A stretch of 64,000 nucleotides of DNA from Lama guanicoe (GCA_013239625.1 MU053652.1:310001-374000); one strand, 5' to 3'; shown: positions 12,941-26,451, numbered from the stretch's first letter. The notes: generated by a model from the sequence alone, not told the origin. Program-made: numbers and translations.

Positions 12941-15900
12941 ACTGCCTGCCCACACCCCAAAGGATGGTGACCTCAGACTAAGGCAATTACTTCCCTAAAT
13001 CTGATATTCTTGCTGGAGAAAACAGGTCCTCAGTTCAATTCCTTTTGGTTGATTTTGCTGAATTCACACAATTTATAAGATTTATTAAAAGGGTAAAAAC
13101 CATTTCTAGGAGGAGGTTGGCCCTTAATCTATAGACACCATGGACCAGTGATGGCCCAACATGCCCTTTCCCCAAAAATGACAGGTAGAAAAGATAGCAG
13201 ATGGGTTAGTGCTGCTCTGTTTGTGCTGCCTTCAACTCCATAATGACCAACACATTAACACTAACATCAGTACGAGGACACAAAACACAGTAGTCACATC
13301 AGCCACACTAACAAAACTAACCAATACAACTAGGGCATGGACTGTGATGGCAAAGTACCCTTTCAGTTCTTCTATGTTAATTCAGGAGCTTCCAGTGCTG
13401 CTCAGGCTGCTGGTACTGAGGACATAAGTACATGGGCTTGTGCTATTGTAAAGTTTCTTTCCTCCCAAATTTCCACTATCCCAGAGAAGCAAGTACCACT
13501 CACAGGGAGATACTGCACAGCTGGGCAGGCTTGGTTGGAACCCCAGAGCTACCATTTTGGACAGATAACTTTATATAAATTTTATAAAGGTTTCTCTGAG
13601 CTTCATCTCTAAATAGGATATGGTACTACTTTTTCTTAGTGTTTTAGAGAGGATAAAAAAACAATTGTGAACATAAAGTTCTTAGCATGATGTCTAGAAC
13701 ACAGCAAGTGTTCCCAATAAATGGCAGTTGTTATCACAAATTGATGAATTTGAAAATTTCACATCTTAATGTTTCATTCATCCACACCAACCAACCTGTT
13801 CACAAAATGGGGGAAATAGATTTACTTTTCTAAACAAAGTTGCAATTTTTTATAGAAGACCTAAGAAGGAATAGAGGTGAGAGAGTGTTAACTTCTCTCC
13901 AAAAATGTCCACCTGGCCCACCCCCAAGAAGGTACAGCATCCCTTACTCACAGGAGGTGGATGTCTGCTCTCCAACATGGGCAATGGTATGGAGACTGGC
14001 CACCCTGTCAGCATTTTCCCAGATCCCTAAGGCAAGACTCCCCCTGGCAACCCCTTCACACCTCCTCTGAGGCTCCTGTCATTTGTCAGTGTCATCCCTC
14101 TCCCTTCTGGTCTCTGGTCATTTTCAGACCTTTACCAGCCCTGTCTATATCTTGGGTGGCTTCAGAACCCCTAAGGAGGGCCACTCAACACCCCTACCAC
14201 TCCAAGCACGTGCCCGCGCACACACAAATACACATACACGCATTAATCTCTCAACTCTAGACAACTTAAAATTGATCATCAACCAACTTCAGCCATTCCT
14301 TCCCCTGGGCATTCCCTGGACCTAGTCTTCATGCTTAACTGCTCCACCCTAGACACCTCAGACCGCAGTCTTCCATTACTCTCGGGTCCCACAGCTGCCC
14401 GCCCTTCAACCTCTTCAGCATCTACTGAACTTGGTCTTTGACCACAACAAAATCTTCAGTCTGTTCATTCTTCCATTTCTCAAAGTCTGTCTGGCCCCTC
14501 CTGACTATATACTTCCCACAGACAATTTCAATGTCTCTCTATCCTCAAGTCTCCGACTCCTTGGCCTCTGATCGCAACTGCCCAATACACACCCAGACCT
14601 CAATTAACTTCACACTCGCCTACTGTGCTGAGATAAAAATCTGGGATAAAAACTTTTCTAGCATGCCAAGCACATGCCAGACAAGGACACAAGCCATTTC
14701 AGGAGCTTGATATATCACAACAGAGGTAAGCGGGGTGCTTGGCCTAGAAGCAGGGCCCCCACGTTACGCTGGCTCTAGGTGGCAGTAGAAGGTTAGCAAA
14801 GGCTTCCTTGGGGAAAGAGCAAATGAGACCCAAAGTTGTGTTATTCTGGCAAAGGGGAGGAAAGGGCAGAAGAGGGCCAAGAAGGGTACTGCAGGCACAA
14901 CGGGCCACATGTACAAAATCCCACAGGAACAGATGAGTGTGGACCACTGGGGAGACTACAGAGTTCAAAATAGCTAAAGTGTAAGGTGGGAGGGGGGATA
15001 ACAGCACTCAGTACATGGGGGGAGCTCCGACATGTGCTGAATGAGTGAGTGAGCTGACTCCTCCCCTGAGCTACCGAGTCTGCATTCCCATGTGCATTCT
15101 GGGGCCTCGGTGCTATTCATGCTCTCACCGGCTCCCTTCTCCCTCGGCGGCCTTTCACCTCCCCACCTGGCTGGTCAGGTCCCAGGCATCTCCTCAAGCC
15201 GCCTGGCGCCTCCGCTTCTCTGTCCTCACTCACTCTCAGCAGAGGACCTCCCAGCCCTTCTCTCCAGCTTCCCAGGCACAGTAGAAACCACCAGACATGA
15301 GCCCCCTGGACATCCCACATCCGTTCTGAGGCTTCCTGCTGGGGTCTCAGAGGAGGACGGCTCCTTCTCTGCACTCAGGCTCCCCCTCCCTGTGTCCCCG
15401 GGGACCGTGTGCAGGGACCATCAGAGTTGCCCTCTTTTGCCTGAGGTTTCAACTCATGACTCTCCATGGTCATTCTCCTACCTGTCACTTTTCCAGTTAC
15501 ACAAGCACGTGACCCTCTTCTGTCCCAAAGAGCTCCACCTCCGTACTAACCGGATTCCTGCAGGGTTGCTTTTTCACTCTTTCCCCTTGTTCCCCTCCTG
15601 TTCACTCTTCAACTCCGTTCAGCTAGGCTGCTGCTGCCTTCACCACATCACAAGCCCCACAGAGGCCAAGGTCTCCAGTGATCCTCCCAGAGGTAAAGCT
15701 AAGGGGAACTTTTGGGCCTTTTCCCACTCAACCTCTTGGCTGCATGACCCATGTCCATGTTCTCTAGGCTTTCTTGCCTTGGCTCCCCTACCACGCAGCT
15801 TTCTTCTCCTTTTTCTCTCACGAGTCCTTTCCAGTTTCCTTCCCTGAATCCTCTTCATCTGCCTGCCCCTGAAATGCCTGCAGCTCCAGGGTTTTTTCCT

Positions 15901-16799
15901 GGCTCTCCTCTTCGCTTCTCTCTTCTCTTCCTGGATGGTCTCACAGACCCCAATGCTGGTGATTCCCAGGCCTCCCATTCTGAGTCCTCTTTTGATTTAC
16001 AGAGTCAAATGATTCATACATTCAGCTCAAAGCACAGCTCCACCGATCCCTGTTTCCCACGGTGGTTCATGGCCTGAATATCTCCCCAGATCATGCCAGA
16101 GACCTGGCGGTCAACCTAGACTTCTAATGGTCAATTAGGGACTGTCTCATCTTAAATATTTTACAGACACACTTATCTAGCTTCCTTTCCATTCCCATTG
16201 CCTTAATCCAGACTCCTGCCTCTCCCCCAGAGATTCTGCTCTCACCTGTAACCCATCACTAGGAAAAGCTGCCACCTATCTGCCCATACGTCACCTCTCC
16301 ACCCAAACACGGGTCTGGGCTCCCTTCATGTCTTCCACAATCCTTGCAATCTAGCTGTGATCTGCACACATCTCTTTACAGGCTGAACAGCTACGATTTA
16401 CTCACCTTCTTATCTCACCTTGGGAGCAGGGACAACCATGTACAACCTCCATCACATTCTCACCTTCTTCCACCATTACTGTAGCCATTATGGATTACAT
16501 CTATAATTTTTTGAGAGCCTGCTCTGTACCAGACACTATGCTAAAAACTTTAACAGAGGCTTTCCCATTAAATTTGATGTTCATAACTATCTAATGAATA
16601 GGCATTATTACCCACATAAAGATATTGGCAAAGAGTGGTTTTCATGCAGCAGAAATATGTCCTGGGTCCAGGCACCCCTTCTGCCTTATAGAATCAAAGA
16701 GAACTTCCTATATAGCAATCACTTTGTGAATGTTTGTGCAGTGAAGGCTAAATTAGTGAAATCACTTAATGGCCTGTAGTTAGCAGATAAGAACACGTA

Positions 16800-16990
16800 A
16801 ATTATCATTTGTATTAGGAACAGTATAAATAATACATTGTGCTAAGTAGTTTACACATAGGATTTCATTTAATTTTCACAACTCTCCTATAACGTAGGTA
16901 TTATTATAATTCCCATATTACAGATGGGACAGAGAGAGTATGAGTAACTCGCTCAAAATCTCAGAACTAACAAAAGGCTTTGTACAATTC
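16800..16990 (-). mobile_element. MIR SINE
   Basis: tttcatttaattttcacaac...taggtattattataattcccatattacagatg. Confidence 0.65.
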
Positions 16991-17800
16991 TTTGAGTCCA
17001 AAGGTGATATTCTGAACAGCTGGTTTGCCCTATCTCGCTCAAGTTCATTGAGGTTAATTGCTTTATAGGCACTTCACAATCACTGCAACCATCATAACAT
17101 TATAAATCTTAATCAGGCTAGGATATGGAAAATAAATCACTGAACATAAAATGTTTCCTCTTTAAACTTTTCAGTTTAGTTAGCATATCAAAACATGAGA
17201 CGCTATAGAAAACTAAAATAGAACATGAGAATACAAAATAAATATTTAGAATAGAAATGGAAGAAATAATAAACTTTCCCCCCACACAGTCTACAAGCCA
17301 AAAAGGATTAACTAGTTCCAGTCAACCCCCTCCCTCTATGGTTTGTTAACGGCATACTGAAGACAGATTAACAATGCTACTAATGAACCCTGTAACCAAA
17401 GAACATGCGTTAATTAGAATAATAAACTGGTGATTCATTTGTTAATTCCTCTGGGGTGGACGCTGGTGGAAACCAAACCAACATCTTAAAGTTGTAAAAA
17501 CATTGCTACAGTTTTGCAAGAGTCACCCTTAAGCATGGCAAAGTAAATCAACAAAAGATGAACAACAGAAGTCAATTTTCTGCAGTCCACTTTAAGCACA
17601 GTTGAGGTGTAATTAGCCCATACAGAAGGAGATATAAGAAGAGGAAAGACAAAACAGGGGATGAGGGCGGAAACAAATGGGCCAAATGTGGAAAGTGAAC
17701 AAAAGGACTTTACAAAAGAAAGGAACCCAAGTCGGGGACAGAGTGTAAGTGGCTAATGGCAGACTCAGAGTAACAGAAGACACTGCAATTTGCAGAGTGG

Positions 17801-17804
<4 letters not shown>

Positions 17805-17832
<28 letters not shown>
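17805..17832 (+). repeat. (CAAT)7 microsatellite
   Basis: Read directly from the sequence. Confidence 0.95.
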
Positions 17833-17835
<3 letters not shown>

Positions 17836-19023
17836 GCAAATGAGGAAAGGAGACAGTGAAAGAGAACAGATATAACAAAGAGAAACATGTCTGGCCTCAA
17901 GGGGAAAAGGTGACTAGGAAAAGGTACAATGATGCAGAGGAAATGCCAGAAGATCCTAGGACGAGGATGCTGGAAACATTCTATTTTTCTGTAGTATATC
18001 TACTTAGGAAAAGAATTTGAAGCAATTCATGCAGTGAAGGAAGAGGAAAGGGGAGAAAAAAACCCTAATCTAAAGAAAACACACTGAAATTAAGACAAAC
18101 ATTGAATTAAGAAAAAAAAATTGTTTCCTGGCAGCCAAGACAAAGAGGAAAACCTAACAGTGTATCGAAAGAAAGCAAATCAATTTATGTTTTTAGCAAA
18201 AGCAAACAATGTATTAGAAAGTCAAGAGCAGGAAATGATGTGATGAGAAGTTGAAAGGGACAAGAAGATAAGCAACCGACTAAGTAAGAAACAAGACGAC
18301 AATACGACAATAAGTGTAAGAAAGAAGTGCAACTGGGTGTTGAGAAGAGGCATCGTAGAAAAGAGGGAATTGATATTAATGTGAAAGGTCAAGCTGCCAA
18401 CAGGTCATTACAGATGGGGATGTTGGGAACATTCCCCACATCCTGAAATACCCCCACAGTGTATTGTGTGTGAGAGTGTTGCTTGTATAATGCATCACAT
18501 ACCCCAGACAGAAGTCATATATAAAACTTCCAAGTCACTTTGTCTTTGAGAAAGCATTTAGATTATTTCAAGAGAGTAATTTTTTTTCCCTAGAAGAAGC
18601 AGGGTGAAGGGACTAGAAGTTGGGGAGAGTGTTAGAATACTTCACAATCATGGGGAAAATGTGCAGGGGTGCAGAAGTAGCACTCTGCTCATTCTCAATA
18701 CTGTCAATGCATAATTTTGAAAAAGTTAAAGCCGTAACTCCCACACAAATAAATAGATACTTTTTAGTAGCAACGCTATGTAACTTGACTCTTAAGAAAT
18801 CAAACATGCTAACGAAAAATAAAGGACATACTTGGAGACATCTTAGGCAGAGGATGAGGAAATAGGACAACAGAAATGGGAAGGAGAGAGGGGGAATCTC
18901 GGAGCAGTAAGAAAGAGGCGCTCCTGGAGGCGAGGAGCCCTAAGAAAGAGCTCAGCCATGGGCTGGTTGAGGGGTCCGACTGCTAAAGAAGAAAGTGAGG
19001 GGATGGGGCGGGGGGGGGCAGAC

Positions 19024-19365
19024 CTCCAAATCCAGCATTTCTGACTCTGAGGATTCCTCGGATTCCACTTCACCCTCGCCCTCTCCCTCGCCTTCGCCCT
19101 CGTCCTCTTCCTCTTCCTCGCCCTGGTACTCCTCTCTGTCCACGTCTGACTCCTGATAGCGGTGAATGAGCTGCTGGAACAGGTAGGAGGAGGCTCTGCG
19201 GAAAGTATCTTTCGATCTCTGCCCCATGGGAAAAGGAGACCAGCAACACTGACGTTCCTTTTCTGAGTGCAACAGTTTCGACTGGGCTCCAATTCGTGAA
19301 CTGCCCGAACCTCCCTGGAGAGAGGAGGGCTTTGGCAACTGGGGATCTCTCCCGGAGGTCGCCAT
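19024..19365 (-). CDS. LRGUK: Leucine-rich repeat and guanylate kinase domain-containing protein, coding exon 1 (114 aa)
   Basis: aacaagATGG has a strong Kozak context. MATSGRDPQ...EKERQCCWSPFPMGQ...ASSYLFQQLIHRYQE...SEESSESEMLDLE matches the recalled LRGUK N-terminus. Donor is GAG|GTCTGC (phase 0) and the surroundings are CpG-enriched. Confidence 0.93.
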
Positions 19366-19500
19366 CTTGTTTACCCGGTTGCCTAGGAGACTGACGCCCC
19401 ACGAGGAGGTGCCGCAAGGGATTTTGGGGGCTGTAGTCTCCGTCCCTCCGCAAGTCCTCACTTGCGGCTTGAGCTGGTGTGGGCGCCCAACTTTCCTTTT
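19360..19500 (-). promoter_or_regulatory. LRGUK: LRGUK proximal promoter / 5'UTR with X-box, forkhead, half-CRE and YY1 motifs
   Basis: CpG-enriched. Contains GTTGCCTAGGAGAC (19378-19391), TGTTTAC (19368-19374), TGACG (19392-19396) and AAGATGGCG overlapping the ATG. Confidence 0.75.
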
Positions 19501-21719
19501 CTTTTTGTCCTCCTGTTCTGGTGTTTTTCTCTTTGTAGTCCATTCAGTCTCTGGCTTTGTTTCTTTTTGTTTGTCTTTCTCGTCTTCACTTCTTTTCTGC
19601 ACATCCTTTTGTGTCCAACTCTATTTTCTCTTGACCTCGAGGCCCCTCTTAGAGATTTTTCATCTCACCCTAAGATCACCAGAGAGTGTCCCATCTGGCT
19701 TCATTCAGGAGGGATCTTTCTGCCCAGTCGTACTTGTTAGTGTCAGGTGTCCCTAAAGCCGTCTGTCTGAAAGCTAGTAATCCTGAAATTTTACTCGCTG
19801 CAGTGCGGTGAGCACAAATGAAATAGAAGGCATGGCTCCTGTCCTTATTTAATTGCAGATAATACCAGACAACGATGACTGAGAGCTGGTTTGCAATTTA
19901 CGTTTCTACCTCGAAATGATAAGCTGTGTCCTTGGGGAGAAAAACTGGCTGTGGTCTAACAGTCCAAATAGAGTTTTAAAAGAAACAAAAACAAAAACTG
20001 ACATCAAATCTGAAAGCCTCTGTAAAGCTGTCAGCATCCCCTAAATAACTGTATTAGCCAATGACCTGCACTGCTAATTATTTTCATCTTGTTGCATGAG
20101 TTCTCTTCACACTTTTATAAAATACTCTTGCAAGATTACAAAGCATGATTTTATGCTAGTGTGATTTCATGCGACCCAAATCCCATAGCCTTGAGCTCCA
20201 CAAAATAGACACTGTATAGAAAAGCAGAATGAAAGTTAACTATTATTGCCATAGTGATGACAAGAGAGATCCCTGCAGGGAAGTTGCCCTCATCCTGCTG
20301 GCCTTACAGGGCCTTTTCTCCATGCTTCAGTGATAGCACTTGCGAATACAAAATGATCCTGTCAATGGCTGTCAGGGGAGAAGGTGAAAAAATCCTTATG
20401 GACACCATCCATTGACTATTATCTTTCTCAGTGCTTGAGGGCCTGTGAGAACTGACATAAAGCCTTCAGAACTACCTTCCTTCTTTATCTTGCTCATCAT
20501 AAATGTAAAGGCCATAATGAAAGTTTCTCTTTCGGCTAGGCTCATCTTACAGCTTGCTTGCTTCTTTTCCAGTGGGTAGAAACTCCTCCAAGGGGCTTTT
20601 CTCCACCCTTACCCCCAGAGGCCCTGGATCTAGCTGACTGACATAAGGACAAAGGGGACAGAAAGTATAAAAATGGAAACCCAGTGCATTTTTTGTTTTT
20701 TTTTTTCAATAACTTAATCAGCATTTCTAGCAAAGTGAGTTTTGGCAATGTCAGTCTGTTGAGAAAAGTGTTGTAAGGCAGAGTTAGTTAAGATCTGTCA
20801 AAGAGTAATTTTTCAGAAAGTTAAAATGATGATTATCATCCAAAAATAGAGGGAAACACATGTGGAAGGTTTTTGTTCTACTCATTAATTGATGAGGGAA
20901 CCAGTAAGATGGTAACAGGGTATTTGCAGTCCATAAAGAAAAGACATTTTGAAGTAAGTTTGCTAAGTTAGAGATAAAACTGGTTAATGCCCTAAGGGAC
21001 ATTAAACTTTAGCCTTTGGAGTTATACATTTCTAAAGTTTTCCTCTCTTTTCACCTTCACATCTACTTACTGTCCATCCTCATTTTACAGATGAGGTAAC
21101 TGAGGCCCAGAGAATTTAAATAACTGGCCCAAGGACAAGAAGTGGTGCTGAAGTCCAAACCTAGGATGACCAGCTCCACAGTCTACCTTCAACTAATGCT
21201 TCTGCAGGTGGAAAATGTGATGCAGGATCAAGGTACACAATAGGTCTCAGAAGAAAAACCACTTATCAGGTAATGTTCTTATGTATAAACAAAAGAATTC
21301 ACTCAGAGAATAACCCTGTCATATCAGAATCATAGCATGTCAGAACTAGAAAGAATTTAAAAGCTCATCCCAACTCTCCCTTTTACAGAAGAAGAAACTG
21401 ATCGTCCTCCAGGGACAATGACTTGCCCCCAAGCCTCTGAATTGTTAGCAGCCAAGAAGGAATTAAGAGTCCAGACCTCTCCTTGCTCAATCTTTGCTTT
21501 TGCTAGTTCACCAAAATGCCCCATATGCTGGAACTGTATGAGTAGAATCCCTTCTTTGGGATTCTGGGCATCAAAACAAAAGGCACTGTCTCTATAAAAG
21601 TTATTCTACTGGGTGGGGAAGACAGAATTTGGCAGAGGGAGAGGAGGTGAGGGGAGGGAGTATTTTGTCTAAACGTTTCCTATTAGCATAAGACATCGAT
21701 AATTGCTTCCATTTATTCA

Positions 21720-21945
21720 TTGCTTACTGGAAACCAGGCCTGTGCTACATGCTATAAACATATCTCAGTTATAATTATTTCAACTGCTCTCTGAAATAGG
21801 AATTGATATCCTCATTTTACAAAGGAGAAGAATGACACTCAAAAATGCTAAGCAAGTTGCCCGGTCACACAACTTGTATCCAAACCAAAATTCCAACTCA
21901 AGTCTTCCTGGATCCAAAGCCTCTGATCTTAACCATTAATACTCT
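21720..21945 (-). mobile_element. MIR SINE
   Basis: atcctcattttacaaaggagaagaatgacactca...aagcaagttgccc...ctggatccaaagcctctgatcttaacca. Confidence 0.7.
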
Positions 21946-22739
21946 GCTTTCTCCAGAAGTATGAATTAATTTCTCAGGAAGTAATTGTGAGGCACCAGGC
22001 CCTGGTGAGGTACTGAAAACTGGGGTATGTGTGTGGGGGGGGGATGCTGGGGGCCAGGCAGGAAGACTCGAGGTTTCTGAAGCCAGGGAAGCACAGTGGG
22101 GTGGGCAGAGGCAGTGGGATATGCTAACCCAGGAGAGCAGGGTCTTCTGTGATAGCCCTGGATCCTTACCCACTTAGGTGAGAGGAAGAAGAAAGAGGAA
22201 GAGTGTCGCTGTGACACTCAAGAGTGCCTCTCTTGAGAGGATGTCTGGGATAGGCTATGGAAAGGGGGGAATCAAAGGGGTGAAGAGCTTAAGTTTAGAA
22301 GACGGTGCTAACTACCAGCTTTGGCTACTTGGTAGCTTTACCCTGGTACTATCATTGACCTTTACCCTGACTTTTCTGTGTAGAACAGGGGTCTCCCCAT
22401 ATCTGGAGCCAGCCTTTGGTATAAGACCTTACTTCATTGAGAATGGAAAGAAAAGGCAGGGAAGAACCGTCTGCTTCCTGTGTTTGGGGAGAGCATCTTC
22501 CCAGGCGTGTAGACCCTGGGCAAAGCAAAGAACCTATGCTCCATCCGGTTCATGTATATATACCCCCTCCCTAGTGTGCTGAGAGAGACAAACAGGTTAA
22601 ACGGTGCTCAGGTATGTTGAGGTGGCAGCATCTTGAACTCATGGTGTTTTTGATAGAACACTTAAATTTTCACAGAATATCATGACATGGTGAGAGCAGA
22701 TAGGCCATAGAAGGTGCCACTGATATACTAATAACAATG

Positions 22740-22995
22740 AAAATAGAACCGCAACTAATGTTTATGAGTAAGAACTATGTGCCGGACACCCTTATAAATA
22801 CTTTACATATATTAACTCATTTTCTCCCTGCAAAGAGCCTACAGAGTAGAGATTAATATTATTATCCCCACATTGTAGATGAGGAAAGACAGGCATATAG
22901 GGGTCATGTAACCCACTCAACCCACTTTGTCACAAGTGGCAAAGCTAGAACTCAAATGGAGACAGTCTGGTTTCCCAGCCCACATCCTTAATCAA
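22740..22995 (-). mobile_element. MIR SINE
   Basis: ctttacatatattaactcatttt...attatccccacattgtagatgaggaaagacaggc...cagtctgg. Confidence 0.75.
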
Positions 22996-23040
22996 AACAC
23001 TGTACTCCACTCGATTGCTTTAGTAAAACTTCATGGGGGA

Positions 23041-23359
23041 TGTTATGAACTGAATTTCTGTGATCCCCAAAATTCATACGTTGAACTCTAATCCCCAACG
23101 TGATGGTAAGAGGAGGTGGGGCTCGAGGAAGTGATTGGGTCTTGAAGGTGGAACCCTCCTCAGTGGGGTAAGAAGAGGCCAGAGAGCTAGCTCCTCTTCC
23201 CGCCAGGTGAGGATACAAGGAGACGGTGGCTTCTGCAGCCTGGAAGGTTTTCACCAGAACCTGAACCTGGCACCCTGACCTTGGACTTCCAGCCTCTAGA
23301 ACTGTGAGAAATGAAGTCTTGTTGTCTATAACCCAATCCAGCCCAAACTGACTATGACA
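23041..23359 (+). mobile_element. MLT1A-type MaLR solo LTR with 5-bp TSD GGGGA
   Basis: TG...CA termini; ccccaaaattcatacgttgaa...ttggacttccagcctctagaactgtgagaaat; GGGGA at 23036-23040 and 23360-23364. Confidence 0.9.
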
Positions 23360-24633
23360 GGGGAAGACCTTAAATCTGAAATAATTTGATGCATTAATAT
23401 CATATTCTTTTATGTTTTGTTATTCCTTTCTATGAAGAAGGGATGATCATTCATAAAGAAGGAAGTTTATTATCTAATAGTAGTTCAGTGGGTCTATAGA
23501 CATTAGGCACATAGTTACACAAATTACCATCTATTTCAATTGTCATAAAGGCTAAGAATGGAAAATCTAGGGGCCAAGAGAACATCCCCTGGGGCCCTCC
23601 TGACTCAATATAGTGTATACGGAAGGGCCCTTCAAACTGTCAGACAGATACTTCGAGCCTCAGTAAAATTATCAAAAAAGTTGGGAAAAGACAGTACAAT
23701 AAATGAGGGACTTCACTTGTTATTTCTGCAGAAATCAGCTGTCTTCAGACTATGGTGATAATAATTAATTGGGCTGGGAGGGCTGAATACAGTCTAGGCA
23801 AGATTTGACTGAGCCGAATAATATCTGTCCCAGACAAGTATCAAAGGCATTTTGCAGAGTGTCCTATAATAGATATCCTGTATCAGATACTGGTGTTGAG
23901 AGCAAAGATAAAAATTGCAGTCGAGGAAGAGATAGTCTTAAAAGCTCATAGACAAAGGCAGAAAAATCAAGCCAATGAAGAATTGTTTGCAAAAGAATTG
24001 CAAGCATCAGGTCATGAATAAAATCTGAACAGAGGACTAGATAAGGATTACTGAGAATTTCTAGCTCAGATTTTCTTCACAGACAGAAAAGTAGGTTTCA
24101 TCAGGGAAGTCACAACAACTTAAGATCAAAATGATTAAAATGTTAAAATGATGACCAGAAGGGACTGTGTGAAATCTTCTGGAAGAAGATAGGGGGACTT
24201 GAAGAAGTTATGCTAGGACATTCAGAAGAAGGTCAAAGGAGACCAGAAGGAATTCAGGAAGAAATCATCATAGGAGGGACAGAAAGGAAAAGGTGTTTGA
24301 GAGACATGAGGTTTAATAACCAGAGCATCCCAATGGCACTAAATAATAAAAACAGAAGGAAGAGCAAACAGAAGCCAGGCGAATGAGCTGTGCAAGAAAT
24401 CCCACCATACCCATCCACTTCAAGAAGCACAATATACTTCATCTAGGTAAGAGCGAGTTTGGAACAGTGGTGCTTTGTGGGAAAGCAATCATGCAGGCTG
24501 TGATGTAAAGCACAGGAAACACCCAGGTCATTATTATCACCATCTGATTACACAACCTATGGAAGAGGGGTCTATTTCGGGTGCTGAGGATGTAAAAGTT
24601 CAAGTCTTAGCCTCTTTCATCAAGAAATTTGCT

Positions 24634-24804
24634 AAACAAGTTTATACTGTATAGCACAGGGAAACACAGCCAAGATCTTGCAGTAGCTCATGGTGAAAAA
24701 GAGTATGAAATGAATATATGCATATTCATGTATGACTGAAAAACTGTGCTGTACACCAGAAATGGAGACAACATTGTAAACTGACTATAACTCAATTTTA
24801 AAAA
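24634..24804 (+). mobile_element. 5'-truncated artiodactyl/camelid L1 3' end with TSD AAGAAATTT
   Basis: ctgtatagcacaggga...ctgtgctgtacaccagaaat...acaacattgtaaactgactataactcaat plus A tail; TSD at 24622-24630 and 24805-24813. Confidence 0.85.
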
Positions 24805-25949
24805 AAGAAATTTACATTATAGTTGTGGCAGCAGATGCACAGATTTTACAAGGTGATTAAAATACACAGGAGAAGGTAAGTCCCACCTGATTGGTTTCTG
24901 GTTAAGGTTACAGGCCCTCAGGGAGGGACTGAGTTGGAGGCAACACAGATCATCCCCTTCCCTTTTCCACTGTTGGCAGACAGGACTCAGTCCTTGAGGC
25001 CAATAAAGCAGGGCCCCAGGCTGGTCCATGGGAGTTGTCAGTTGAGATCAAATCTGTGTTCCAAGACGGGGATGCTCTGAAGCTTCATAGATGAGGTAAG
25101 AGTTGAGCTAGGCCTTCAAGGAAGAACGAGACACGTGGGAGGAGGAGGTGGACAGTCCTGAAATGCAAAGTGGCATAAACAGAGGCAAAGAGGCTGGCCA
25201 GGATGTGTTTCAGGAAGGGTCTCTGAGAAGTCGTTGATAAAGAAATGAAACCTGCTCACAGGAAGCTGGGAAGAAGGGGGAGGGTGCTGCCTTCCTGGAA
25301 GAAAAGGGGCATGAGCGAAGAAGTGACTGAAATTGCCTCGTGTGTCAGTATGTCTTAGCAGCATCCAGGGGATAAGACTTTAAAAAAGGGGGAGAAAAGA
25401 TGCGCCTGGTGGCGGACTCTGACAGCCACAAGGGGAAGGCAGGAACCTTGTAATTCTTATAATGGACCAAGTCCATTTCCCACAGATGATGCTTTCCCAT
25501 GAGATTAACAGGGGACTCTGTCAGTCTCTGATAATACTGTACATTTTAGACACTTTATACAATTTACGTCTACACCTTATGGCCAGACTTCTTAGTTACC
25601 TTTCTCCACCGAGGGTCCCTCCTTTCCTTGTAAAAAGTGCCCAGCACATAAATCAATGCTTTATAAACACGTATTAACTACATAAACTTGGCTTTATACT
25701 GATTATACTGAATGCAGCTGCCCCTTCGCTCCTCCTGAGTGAAATCACATCTGGGCAGATGATGTCTGTCTCAGAACAAGAGTACCTGGACTCCGAAGCT
25801 GGCAAAGAAGTGAAAAGACACGAACCAGCATCCAAGGGTCTATCAGGACTTCTTTAGAGTCAGGCCTGGCTAACCCAAGCCAGTCCTCAGGTCTGCCTCC
25901 CAAGGTTACAGGGAGAGTTAAATGAGACGAGTGTGAAATTGGCCGACTC

Positions 25950-26451
25950 TGCGGTAGACTGCATATACGGCCACCAGTTCTTCTTATTCCTGTACACACA
26001 CCTTGCAATGTGACTTTAGCCCCTCCCATCAAGAGGTGGAGTCCGCTTCTCCACTCCTTGAATCTGAGCTTGGCCATGTAATTCACTTTGGCCAATAGAA
26101 GAGTAGCGGATGTGGCACCAGCAGTGACTTGAAAGCGCCTGGGCATTGGGATTCTGTGATCACCCAGTGAGGAAGCCAGGGCCAGCCTGCTGGGTAATGG
26201 GAAACAATGGCTTGGTTCTCTGGGGCCTTGGCTAGCTTCTCCCACTGCCTAGATCATCCAGCACCAGCCAGCCTGCCAACTGATCTAAGGTTCCTGAGGG
26301 AACCCAACAAAAACCAGATGAATAAAACCCCAGCAAAAACCAGACCACAAGACCTGCTCAGTCAACTCAAAAAATCATTAACTAAATAAATGGTTGTTTT
26401 AAGCCACTAAGACCTGGGATAGTTTGAAAGGCAGCAAAAGTTAATTTACAC
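25950..26451 (+). mobile_element. MLT1 (F-H type) MaLR LTR
   Basis: caatgtgactttagcccctcccatcaagaggtggagtc...ccttgaatctg...tttggccaatag...gttgttttaagccactaag. Confidence 0.85.

Noticed and set aside
15092..15847. 251-aa ORF antisense to LRGUK intron 1
   Set aside because: It is S/P/L-rich, derives from CT-rich and partly L2-like sequence, and has no recognisable domain.
19070..19543. Overlapping out-of-frame upstream ORF (157 aa, RG-rich)
   Set aside because: Its ATG probably lies upstream of the TSS, and the RG repeat is only another reading frame of the EG tract.
19366..19602. 79-aa N-terminal extension of LRGUK (ORF 18952-19602)
   Set aside because: It starts at a non-ATG codon in purine-rich low-complexity DNA upstream of the promoter motifs. 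Homology and a strong Kozak context begin at 19365.
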